Assembly: GCA_965230905.1 (NCBI GenBank)
Contig: OZ246396.1
Coordinates: forward strand, 420,001 to 452,000
DNA: 32,000 nucleotides
From: Candidatus Saccharimonadota bacterium
GTDB taxonomy: Bacteria > Patescibacteriota > Gracilibacteria > UBA1369 > 2-02-FULL-48-14
Reading direction: 5' to 3'
Both the position numbers and the translations under genes were made by a program. The notes under the pieces were generated by a model. It searched no databases and had not been told where the DNA came from. It saw nothing but the letters and a program-made list of their open reading frames with translations. Position 1 is the first letter of the stretch. Each line of letters begins with the position of its first letter. Shown piece after piece: positions 22,513-29,804 of this stretch.

Positions 22513-23198
22513 GCCGCTTTCTTAATTCTTTCCGCTCCATCTTTAGCGGCGGTTTCGACATCGGCCCCTTTCCCAACAAGGCTTTGGACATAAGCCATCC
22601 AGAGCAAGACCTCGGCTCCTTTTTTCTTTCCAAGTTCGTCTACTTTTTCGGCTCCGATTTCAGCAGCGATGTGATCGATTTGATCCACCTCTTCTTCGTA
22701 GGTGTCGTTGTTTGCGCCAATGGCTCGCTGGGTTCGCCAGTGAACGAGCCCCTCGCTGTGCTGCTCCGTGTCTCCAACGGCTTCGTTTCCACTGTGAATA
22801 TCTTCATGAACAATCACTTCGCACACTTTTGCAATGCCGGCGCGCGTGCTAGCAATGTCTTCACGGATGCGCTTTTGCTTACTGCCGGTGTTAAAGGTAC
22901 CGCCGGCATTTCCCATCTCCTCAACACTTCCCACTTCCATTCCCCAAAAGTTCCGCCCACCGCGTAAACGGCTAGCTCGATTCACTTCCGTTTCGAGCTG
23001 CATTCCCAGCTCCGTTCCCGCCATCTCCTCTCGGTAGTCTTGTAGCGTTTCCATATACATCGGGTTAAGGGACCATATTACTCCCGCGGGCTTTATTTTT
23101 CCATGCTTTTTTGCTTTAATGGATTCACCTAACCCACATACCATGAGCGACAAAAATTCGTTTGATCTTTCGAATCGGGTGTTTACTTTGTTTGCCAT
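22509..23198 (-). CDS. Hypothetical protein with HExxH motif (possible zincin-like metallopeptidase); start uncertain
   Basis: VIVHEDIHSGNEAVGDTEQHSEG contains HEDIH. The ATG at 23198 would overlap the divergent SIMPL gene. Alternative starts lie at 23144, 23060 and 23054; the last two are preceded by a minus-strand TAATAT box (complement of 23075-23080). Confidence 0.5.
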   Translation of the reverse strand: MANKVNTRFERSNEFLSLMVCGLGESIKAKKHGKIKPAGVIWSLNPMYMETLQDYREEMAGTELGMQLETEVNRASRLRGGRNFWGMEVGSVEEMGNAGGTFNTGSKQKRIREDIASTRAGIAKVCEVIVHEDIHSGNEAVGDTEQHSEGLVHWRTQRAIGANNDTYEEEVDQIDHIAAEIGAEKVDELGKKKGAEVLLWMAYVQSLVGKGADVETAAKDGAERIKKAA

Positions 23199-23895
23199 TT
23201 TGGGAGTGGGCCTGACTTTGTTCTGGATATTTAGAATGGTGGAAATTTGGAAAGATTTTCAGGGAGATTATGCGCGTGAAATTTCTGTGGAGGGAAGCGG
23301 CGACGCCTATGTGGTGCCGGACCGAGCGGTGATTCAACTCGGGGTGACCACCGATGCGGCGACGTCTGAAGAAGCGGTTTCTATGAATACCGAAAAGATG
23401 AACAAAGTGCTGGAGGCGGTTAAGGCGCTGGGCGTTGCGGAAGAAGACATTCAAACCACGGGTTACTATTTGAATCCAAAGTACGATTGGACCGATGAGG
23501 GCCAAGTGGATGACGGCTACACGCTCACGCAAAACGTGGAAGTGAAATTGACCGATTTTGACCTGCTGGGACAGGTGATTGCCGATAGCAGCGCAGCCGG
23601 TGCCAATGTGGTGGGCGGTGTGGAATTCACGGTGGAAGACCCTGAAATGGCTAAAGCAGAAGCCCGTGAAGAAGCCGTTGCTGAGGCTAAAGAAAAAGCT
23701 GAACAAATTGCGGCCACCAGCGGACTCAAACTGGGCGACGTGGTGAATTACTATGAATACAGCTCGGGTGGGGAAAGCTACTATCCCATGATGTACGAAG
23801 CGGACGCCGTGAAAGCTGAGGGCTCCGTGCCCAGCATTGAAGCTGGACAGGAAGAAGTGAGCCTCACGGTTACGCTGACTTACCAACTTCGCTAA
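23143..23895 (+). CDS. SIMPL / DUF541 family protein with N-terminal membrane anchor
   Basis: The TM segment is VFTLFAILGVGLTLFWIF. The SIMPL pattern follows: ISVEGSGDAYVVPDRAVIQLGV...EDIQTTGYYLNPKYDW...GYTLTQNVEVKL...VEFTVEDPE...AKEKAEQIA. An alternative ATG lies at 23119. Confidence 0.8.
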   Translation: MSDKNSFDLSNRVFTLFAILGVGLTLFWIFRMVEIWKDFQGDYAREISVEGSGDAYVVPDRAVIQLGVTTDAATSEEAVSMNTEKMNKVLEAVKALGVAEEDIQTTGYYLNPKYDWTDEGQVDDGYTLTQNVEVKLTDFDLLGQVIADSSAAGANVVGGVEFTVEDPEMAKAEAREEAVAEAKEKAEQIAATSGLKLGDVVNYYEYSSGGESYYPMMYEADAVKAEGSVPSIEAGQEEVSLTVTLTYQLR

Positions 23896-24284
23896 TGGTG
23901 CACCAACTGCTCACAGCGCTGCTCACTCTGCCTGTAATCCTGGCAATGGATTTTGTGTGGCTGGGCTTCGTGGCCCGTCCATTTTACCAAAAACAGATTG
24001 GCATATTGATGGGTGAAACGAAATTCTGGGCGGCAGGCGTGGTTTATTTACTGTTAGCCCTGGGGCTGATTTTGTTTGCACTGCCGCATGCAAAGACCTA
24101 TCCGCAGGCGCTGCTGTGGGGCGGACTGTTTGGCCTTATTGGTTACGGCATCTATGATTTCACCAACTTGGCTGTTTTAAAAAACTGGACCCTCACGGTT
24201 TCCCTTGTGGACATGGCCTGGGGCGGCGTGGTTTGCGCCGTAGCCACCTGCGCGGCAATGTTTATAGACAAGCTGCTTAGGTAA
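23895..24284 (+). CDS. DUF2177-family integral membrane protein
   Basis: It has four hydrophobic segments (LDFVWLGFVARPFYQKQIG, YGIYDFTNLAVLKNW). Its ATG overlaps the SIMPL stop (TAATG), which suggests translational coupling. Confidence 0.7.
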   Translation: MVHQLLTALLTLPVILAMDFVWLGFVARPFYQKQIGILMGETKFWAAGVVYLLLALGLILFALPHAKTYPQALLWGGLFGLIGYGIYDFTNLAVLKNWTLTVSLVDMAWGGVVCAVATCAAMFIDKLLR

Positions 24285-24308
24285 GGTATAATCCGCCTGC
24301 ATTTTTGT

Positions 24309-24394
24309 GCACTCGTGGTGGAATGGTAGACACGCACGCTTCAGAAGCGTGTCCGCGTATGCGGGTGGAAGTTCAAGTCTTCTCGAGTGCACCA
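24309..24394 (+). tRNA. tRNA-Leu (anticodon CAG), long variable arm, encoded CCA
   Basis: The acceptor is gcactcg/cgagtgc and the anticodon stem-loop is cacgc-ttCAGaa-gcgtg. The variable arm is tccgcgtatgcgggt. TATAAT at 24287-24292 lies upstream. Confidence 0.95.
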
Positions 24395-24405
24395 GATTGA
24401 TTTGT

Positions 24406-24822
24406 TCAAGGACTTTTGCGTTCTAAAAGCGCATAAGCCTTTGCCAACATAACTTTTTCTTCTTCGGGTTCTTCGTGGTCGTAGCCCAGGAGGTGCAGGG
24501 TACCGTGGGTGAAAAGAAACTGAAGCTCTTCCTCTAGGCTTTGGCCGATGTCCTTGGCTTGCTGGCGGGCGCGGTCCACGGAAATGACGAGCTGGCCCAA
24601 GTGGACAGGGTCTTCCATGGAAAACGACAGCACGTCCGTGGGCTTGTCTTTGCCGCGGTATTGTTTGTTGAGGGCGTGAATGGTGGCGTCGTCGGTAAGC
24701 AGGAGCTCGACGTCTTTGTAAGCAAGGGGGCCTTCGACTTTGGGAACGCGTTTTAGGATGCTCTTAAAAAGCTTAGGGTCGACAGGCGTTTTCGTCTCAT
24801 TGACAAACAGAAGTTGGATCAT
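24406..24822 (-). CDS. ybeY: rRNA maturation endoribonuclease YbeY
   Basis: FLFTHGTLHLLGYDHEE is the H-x-x-x-H-x-x-x-x-x-H zinc motif, and DVLSF is also present. I prefer the ATG at 24822 (MIQLLFVNE) over the TTG at 24879. Confidence 0.9.
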   Translation of the reverse strand: MIQLLFVNETKTPVDPKLFKSILKRVPKVEGPLAYKDVELLLTDDATIHALNKQYRGKDKPTDVLSFSMEDPVHLGQLVISVDRARQQAKDIGQSLEEELQFLFTHGTLHLLGYDHEEPEEEKVMLAKAYALLERKSP

Positions 24823-24951
24823 GGACACAGTATAAATCAGATATGTTTTTGCATCAATTCCAAGTCGCGGCAAGAGCAACTCGACACAAAAAGGTAGTCA
24901 AAGTAGACACGCCTTGTTAAGCTTCAAATAGACAGTTCACCACCACGCCAT

Positions 24952-25623
24952 ATGAACGTACAAATTCCTAAATTCACGATCACTCGCAAGCAGGCGGCGG
25001 ACCTTTTGGACGTTTCCACTCGCACGATCGATCGTTATATTCGCAACAAGAGACTTTCTGCCCGCAAAAAGGGTGGGAACATCTTGCTTTCCGAAGAAGA
25101 ACTCAACAATTTAAAGGTTTCTCTTTTCCAGAACATGCACGGAGCTTCTCCGGATGTGGAAGGACGAGCGCACCGTCACGTTGACGGCGTAGCTGCCCGA
25201 GACAACCAGGCGATTTTTGATGCTGAGACCGGAGAAATTGAAGAGACCATTGAAAGACCGATTCCCGTTGAAAGCGGCAGCCTCACCAAGCGCAGCGAAC
25301 GTGAAACCGTGTTCGAAGAATTGTATGACTTATCTCGCCGTGAAGTACGCGAATACCACAACAAGCTGGAGGCTGCGAACTACCGTCTTGGGCAAATCGA
25401 GACTCAAATGAAGCATTCTGTGCCACTTCTCGAATACCATGAAAAAGAAGAACTCGTTCGTGAACAAGCTCACCTCATCGACGGAAAGATCAAACGCCAA
25501 GAAGAAGCCGTGAACATGATGGAGAGCGAGCTTAAGGGAGAACGTCTGAACAAGAATATCTACATTGGTCTCTTGTTTGGTCTCCTCGCGCTCCAACCTC
25601 TTTTGTGGCTCTTGCTACAATAA
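24952..25623 (+). CDS. Membrane-anchored helix-turn-helix protein (excisionase/MerR-like HTH, coiled coil, C-terminal TM)
   Basis: The HTH is ITRKQAADLLDVSTRTIDRYIRNKRLSARKKGGNILL. A charged helical middle region follows. The C-terminal TM segment is IYIGLLFGLLALQPLLWLLL. Confidence 0.7.
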   Translation: MNVQIPKFTITRKQAADLLDVSTRTIDRYIRNKRLSARKKGGNILLSEEELNNLKVSLFQNMHGASPDVEGRAHRHVDGVAARDNQAIFDAETGEIEETIERPIPVESGSLTKRSERETVFEELYDLSRREVREYHNKLEAANYRLGQIETQMKHSVPLLEYHEKEELVREQAHLIDGKIKRQEEAVNMMESELKGERLNKNIYIGLLFGLLALQPLLWLLLQ

Positions 25624-25650
25624 GAAGCTAAGCATCAATTAAGAATAAAG

Positions 25651-25680
25651 AGGACTCATAGAGTGGTGGGTCCTTTTTTT
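25651..25680. terminator. Weak candidate bidirectional terminator
   Basis: aggac (25651-25655) pairs with gtcct (25670-25674), followed by T7. The stem is short, so support is modest. Confidence 0.35.
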
Positions 25681-26449
25681 ATTTAGATCTGGTTCGTGGT
25701 GTAGCCCTGTTTGCAGCAAGTGCTGCGTCTTCGGCTACCTTACGCCTTAGATCTCGTATTTTTTCTGTGGCCCAAGCTTCTACTCGTTCGCAATCTCCTT
25801 CATATGCAATTACGCCCTGTTCACAGTGTTGTTCAAATTCTTCTCCTTTAAGCTCAAGGGGTTCTCCCGTAGCTAGAGAGATAAACTGATAGACGAAATC
25901 TGGCGGAGGGCTTTTACGTACAAAGATGGCACGTGCCCCATCATGGCCTGGACTGACCACTATTGTGCCGGGTTGCATGCGAGTATACCAAGGGTATTCT
26001 AGCTCTAGGGCAGCGGAGCGTGCATTTGGCGCGGGTGGTGGTGGAAGGTCTTCTCTTAAAACTTTTTTGCCACAGACAATAAATACTTCAGCTGGTATTT
26101 TTTCTTTTAAATTGGCGGACAGACTTTGAACAAATTCAGTTTGCTGGTTTGACCTACTTTCTGGAATGAAAACCGTAAGGACTCTTTTATTCGGATATTT
26201 AACCAGCAAAAATTGAAGTCCATGAGATAAGTACACCCTATAAGCCGATGGATTTGAACTGACCGTTTCCGAATCTTCTAGTGTATAACCTAGCTCCTGC
26301 AGCTCTCCTACTATACTGCCACCAATCACACGTTCAGTGATTTCTTCTGCTGGCACGCTTTGCGCTTCAAGTTCTTCAATGAACTGAGCAAATTCAGTGG
26401 TCATTTCAGGCGTTAATTCGGTGTATTTGTCTGATATTTCTGAAGTCAT
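25679..26449 (-). CDS. Hypothetical protein
   Basis: I prefer the ATG at 26449 (MTSEISDKYTEL). Its own minus-strand promoter is TTGTGC-17 nt-TATAGT, just upstream of ATG 26449. It has a PPPPAP linker and no recognisable motif. Confidence 0.6.
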   Translation of the reverse strand: MTSEISDKYTELTPEMTTEFAQFIEELEAQSVPAEEITERVIGGSIVGELQELGYTLEDSETVSSNPSAYRVYLSHGLQFLLVKYPNKRVLTVFIPESRSNQQTEFVQSLSANLKEKIPAEVFIVCGKKVLREDLPPPPAPNARSAALELEYPWYTRMQPGTIVVSPGHDGARAIFVRKSPPPDFVYQFISLATGEPLELKGEEFEQHCEQGVIAYEGDCERVEAWATEKIRDLRRKVAEDAALAANRATPRTRSK

Positions 26450-26550
26450 AGAGGCTAAGTTACAGTAGTATACTATAGCATATTTGCTGCATTTGCACAA
26501 GTACCCGACCTCCCGGCTGAAGTAGGCCTACGAAAATATCGAGCATGAGA

Positions 26551-26802
26551 TTAACTTCTGCCGTTGGTGTACTTATGAATGATGCTAGAAACAAAAGTCT
26601 GGTAGGGGATGCCATCTAGCGCTGCTAGTTTTTTGACATCCTTTAAGTCCTTCATGGTGATTCGAATATTGATGTGCTCGGTTTTTTTTAAATTTCCCTG
26701 AGCGATTTTTCTAATCTCAGGAATTCTGGATTTTTGTGAAATCCAGCCTCCTTTTTCAACGGATTCAATGGTGTCTTTTTCGTCCTGATCAAAGTATTTC
26801 AT
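26551..26802 (-). CDS. Ribbon-helix-helix (CopG-like) antitoxin
   Basis: MKYFDQDEKDTIESVEKGGWIS...KKTEHINIRITMKDLKDVKKLAALDGIPYQTFVSSIIHKYTNG matches the antitoxin pattern (EExxxLxSxExGEW ... INIRxxxxDLxxLK ... GIPYQTLIxSxxHKY). The ORF track starts at 26883. Confidence 0.7.
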   Translation of the reverse strand: MKYFDQDEKDTIESVEKGGWISQKSRIPEIRKIAQGNLKKTEHINIRITMKDLKDVKKLAALDGIPYQTFVSSIIHKYTNGRS

Positions 26803-26910
26803 AGTAGAAATATAGTTTTCACTAAGCCCTGAAGTCAAGGAAGGAGGGTTGAGCTTGTAGTCAGTATCATCTTTTAGTACCATAGAGATACTTTCGGGGA
26901 TTTCCCGCGG

Positions 26911-26930
26911 CCCTGCCAGAAATGGCAGGG
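26911..26930. other. 8-bp hairpin with GAAA loop between the MazF-like toxin and RHH genes
   Basis: The structure is ccctgcca-gaaa-tggcaggg with a perfect stem and no U-run on the minus-sense transcript. Confidence 0.6.
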
Positions 26931-26937
26931 AATATTT

Positions 26938-27330
26938 TTATAGGTAAAGTTTTTGAAATCCATTTTTTACTCTTTTATAATCGACTTCATCCAATTCGCC
27001 CAATCTTGTAGAGAGCCTTCTATGATCGACGGATCTGGCGTGCTGAAGACAGGCAGTCATTTCTCTACCCTGCTGACTAAAGCTTACATACCAGGTACCA
27101 GTGCGCAATTGAGTCGTAACAGGAATCACGAAGTAGAAACCATGCGTCAGCTTTCTAAAAATTATGGCTGGCCGTGAGAATAAATAATTCTTCCCGTTGA
27201 TTTCAGCTCCTACGTTTTCGCCAATACTAACCCACCAGATCTCACCTTCAGACACATGAGGAGCTTCGTGTACAATTGAGTGCAATCTTTCCTTCAAACC
27301 AATCCATTCTAAAAACTTTTTGACATGCAT
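26938..27330 (-). CDS. PemK/MazF-family toxin (long N-terminal variant)
   Basis: GEIWWVSIGENVGAEINGKNYLFSRPAIIFRKL...VIPVTTQLRTGTWYV...LQHARSVDHRRL matches the MazF/PemK SH3-like core. I prefer the ATG at 27330 (MHVKKF). A minus-strand TATAAT box is the complement of 27353-27358. Confidence 0.75.
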   Translation of the reverse strand: MHVKKFLEWIGLKERLHSIVHEAPHVSEGEIWWVSIGENVGAEINGKNYLFSRPAIIFRKLTHGFYFVIPVTTQLRTGTWYVSFSQQGREMTACLQHARSVDHRRLSTRLGELDEVDYKRVKNGFQKLYL

Positions 27331-27379
27331 AAATAAAATTAAGGGTTTTACAATTATAAAGTATGGCCTCCACAAAAGT

Positions 27380-27407
27380 CCTGACAAAAACCTGAAATTT
27401 TCTGACT
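27380..27407 (-). promoter_or_regulatory. Phased heptamer array, copy B (minus-sense aGTCAGa / TTTCAGG / TGTCAGG)
   Basis: The reverse complement of 27378-27410 is aaaagtcagaaaatttcaggtttttgtcaggac. The 4923-4956 copy is aaatgtcaggaaaatttcaggtatttgtcagga. They differ by 2 mismatches and 1 indel over about 31 nt. Confidence 0.5.
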
Positions 27408-27410
27408 TTT

Positions 27411-28160
27411 TTAGAACTTCCTTTGAAGCAAACCCACGAAGATACCGAGCATGATGAAGCCACAGAAGCCTTGCGTGGCTACCAGGACTTTGCCGGCTTC
27501 CGTGACGGGGACGATGTCTCCAAGCCCCACGGTGGTGGTGACGACTATGGAGAAGTAGAGGTAATCGAAAAGATGGCCGAGGCCGGCGGGGATCATGCGG
27601 ACGGTTTCAAATTGATCCACGGCCCAGTAGGCGACGGCGAAGATGAGGGTGAAAACGAAGGTGGTTCCGGCCCAACGGAAAAGGCTTGTTCCGTATGAGC
27701 TAGTGAGCTGGAAGAACAGATATTCTAAGTAGCTAAGGAATTTCTTGTCGTAGTAATAGCTGTTTTTGCGATAGCCCATTTTCCGCTCGTTAGCGGCGTT
27801 GCGACGCACATTGAAATTGTGACGTTCGTAGAGGAATTCCAGCGAGCTGTAGCAGCGTTCCATGAGTTGGTAAAAATCACGTCTTTCGCTGAGGGGGATT
27901 TTTTTGTCTTTGAGATAAACCTTTTCTTGAGCCTCAAACTCGCAGTCCATTTTTTCGTAAAATTCAATGCACTCCTGGGTTTCGTGCACCAACTGGGCCT
28001 TGAGGTAGCTGGCGAGCAAATAGTAGTAACAAAGGGCCCTCTCAATGTGGTTGTCTTTGGTTAGACTTTTGAGCTGTTCTTCAAAGAATGGTTTCACCTC
28101 CGCAAAGCGGTTGAAATCTCCACGTTCCTCGATTTTTCGGACGGCTTCTTGGAAATCCAT
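27411..28160 (-). CDS. Two-TM potassium-channel-family protein with novel ~150-aa cytoplasmic N-terminal domain
   Basis: The pore region is YFSIVVTTTVGLGDIVPV (TVGLGD in place of TVGYGD). It is flanked by TM helices FRWAGTTFVFTLIFAVAYWAV and VLVATQGFCGFIMLGIFVGLL. No RCK domain is present. Confidence 0.8.
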   Translation of the reverse strand: MDFQEAVRKIEERGDFNRFAEVKPFFEEQLKSLTKDNHIERALCYYYLLASYLKAQLVHETQECIEFYEKMDCEFEAQEKVYLKDKKIPLSERRDFYQLMERCYSSLEFLYERHNFNVRRNAANERKMGYRKNSYYYDKKFLSYLEYLFFQLTSSYGTSLFRWAGTTFVFTLIFAVAYWAVDQFETVRMIPAGLGHLFDYLYFSIVVTTTVGLGDIVPVTEAGKVLVATQGFCGFIMLGIFVGLLQRKF

Positions 28161-29087
28161 TTAGGCGGTGATGAGTTCAGTGAAAACGAAAAGTAGGTAG
28201 AATGCAAAGAGAAACAGTCCTTCTTTTTTCTTGAGGACGCGCCCGCTCTGCATGAAGTAATAGAGGAGGACGGCGGCAAATAGCATATAGAAACCCGTGA
28301 TGTGCACGAGGCGTTTGTCGAACGCAAATGGCTGGATGATCGCCACGATTCCCATCACGATGGTGGCATCGGTCATAACCGTGCCCAGTACATCCCCGAG
28401 GGCCAGGGAGTCAAAATGGTGTCTGGCTGCCTTTATGGCGAAGATGAGTTCGGGGAGAGTGGTTCCCACTCCCACAAAGAACATACCCACCAGTACGGGG
28501 CTAATATGCAGCGCCGCGGCCACCGCCACTCCGGACTCCACGGTGAAGTGAGAACCCACGAGCAGCAGGCCCATGCTCGCCACTAAGAACGCTAAACTTT
28601 TGTATGAAAAATCTACCTTCACCTGCTTGATTTTCTGCTTGTCGCGCTTGAGTGCGTAAATGTGAAAGAGCACCCCGGTGAGGATCATGGCGACTCCTTC
28701 CCAACGAGAATAAAAACCGTTGTAACCCAAGAGGAGCGGTATGGCCAATCCCAAAAAATACCAATATTGATCTTTGAGGACTTTGCTTTCTACTTTGAGT
28801 CCTTTCCCAACAAAGAGCAGGACCACGGCAAAGACCAAGGTGAGGTCGGCCACGTTGGAACCAAACAGGGTTCCCACTCCAAAAGAAGGAATGCCTTGGA
28901 AGGCCGATTGAACGGCGATGAGCGTTTCGGGGAGCACAGAAATACCCGCCACAATCAGGAAGCCCACCACGTGTTTAGAGAGGTGCAGCGAATCTGCCAA
29001 ATTGGACGAATAACGAATGGCTGAATCGGCGGCTTTCACCACCACAAGGAGGGAGAACAGAAAGATCAGGAGATCCAACATAGGCAC
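28161..29087 (-). CDS. Ca2+/cation antiporter (CaCA / YrbG-type Na+/Ca2+ exchanger family)
   Basis: The protein is polytopic and carries the two alpha-repeat signatures GSNVADLTLV and GTTLPELIFAIKAA. Its stop codon abuts the channel ATG (TAAATG). Confidence 0.85.
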   Translation of the reverse strand: MPMLDLLIFLFSLLVVVKAADSAIRYSSNLADSLHLSKHVVGFLIVAGISVLPETLIAVQSAFQGIPSFGVGTLFGSNVADLTLVFAVVLLFVGKGLKVESKVLKDQYWYFLGLAIPLLLGYNGFYSRWEGVAMILTGVLFHIYALKRDKQKIKQVKVDFSYKSLAFLVASMGLLLVGSHFTVESGVAVAAALHISPVLVGMFFVGVGTTLPELIFAIKAARHHFDSLALGDVLGTVMTDATIVMGIVAIIQPFAFDKRLVHITGFYMLFAAVLLYYFMQSGRVLKKKEGLFLFAFYLLFVFTELITA

Positions 29088-29167
29088 TTTTAAAAATATC
29101 TACTTATTATAGCAGATTCTGCAGGTTTATTCCAGGTCAAGCACTGAGCGAGTTGGTGCCTGTGGGC

Positions 29168-29202
29168 TTGTAAGATTTTGTACAAAATGTTAATATTGTA
29201 CA
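29168..29202 (+). promoter_or_regulatory. phd-mazF promoter/operator: TTGTAA-17 nt-TAATAT with two TGTACA palindromes; near-leaderless
   Basis: ttgtaa lies at 29168-29173 and taatat at 29191-29196. TGTACA occurs at 29179-29184 and 29197-29202. The ATG at 29204 is only 8 nt after the -10 box. Confidence 0.55.
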
Positions 29203-29203
29203 T

Positions 29204-29449
29204 ATGAAACATTACAGCACTACTGAAGCGCGGAAACACTTGAGTGAGATTGTTAGCCAAGTGAAGTACCAAAAAATCATCATTTCCATTGGCAGGCATG
29301 ATGAAGAGGAGGTTTTGGTGGTTCCTAAAATGGAATTGGGGGAGTCTTTGCCAATTAGTGAGATGAACGCCGCGTCGCCCAGCTTTAACTTTCTGGAAGA
29401 TGAACCCGACCTTTATTCCCTAGACGATCTAAAAAAGAGATATGTTTGA
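29204..29449 (+). CDS. Phd/YefM-family antitoxin
   Basis: The N-terminus YSTTEARKHLSEIVSQVKYQKIIISIGRHDEEEVLVVP is typical of Phd/YefM. The gene overlaps the downstream toxin gene by 8 nt. Confidence 0.8.
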   Translation: MKHYSTTEARKHLSEIVSQVKYQKIIISIGRHDEEEVLVVPKMELGESLPISEMNAASPSFNFLEDEPDLYSLDDLKKRYV

Positions 29450-29792
29450 GTTTGGAACCATTGTTTTGGTGCCTTTCCCATTTACCGACCTTACTTCAAC
29501 TAAGGTTCGCCCCGCTTTAATTGTTTCACGAACCAGCCCGACTTCACCCGACTTAATGCTCTCCTTCATCACGTCGCAAGTGGCCAGAAAGGAAAGGTCT
29601 GGAATCTTCACACTGAGAAATGACGAAGATGGTTTTGCAGAAACTGGACTTAAAGTAGATTCGAGTTTTCGTTTCGATAAAATCGCGACCCTTAGCAAGA
29701 CCTTGATACTTGGAGAGTTGGGTTACGCTAAAAAAGCCGTGCTCAAGAAGATGGTGAGTGCCTTTGATGACGCGTTTGGATTTACTGAGTAA
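29442..29792 (+). CDS. MazF/PemK-family toxin
   Basis: FGTIVLVPFPFTDLTSTKVRPALIVS...MLSFITSQ matches the MazF/PemK N-terminal core. Confidence 0.8.
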   Translation: MFEFGTIVLVPFPFTDLTSTKVRPALIVSRTSPTSPDLMLSFITSQVARKERSGIFTLRNDEDGFAETGLKVDSSFRFDKIATLSKTLILGELGYAKKAVLKKMVSAFDDAFGFTE

Positions 29793-29804
29793 GAACAGAG
29801 AGGC

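Noticed and set aside
23125-23886. 253-aa ORF antisense to the SIMPL gene
   Set aside because: The plus-strand frame carries the full SIMPL/DUF541 pattern. The antisense product is H/F/R-rich with no motif.
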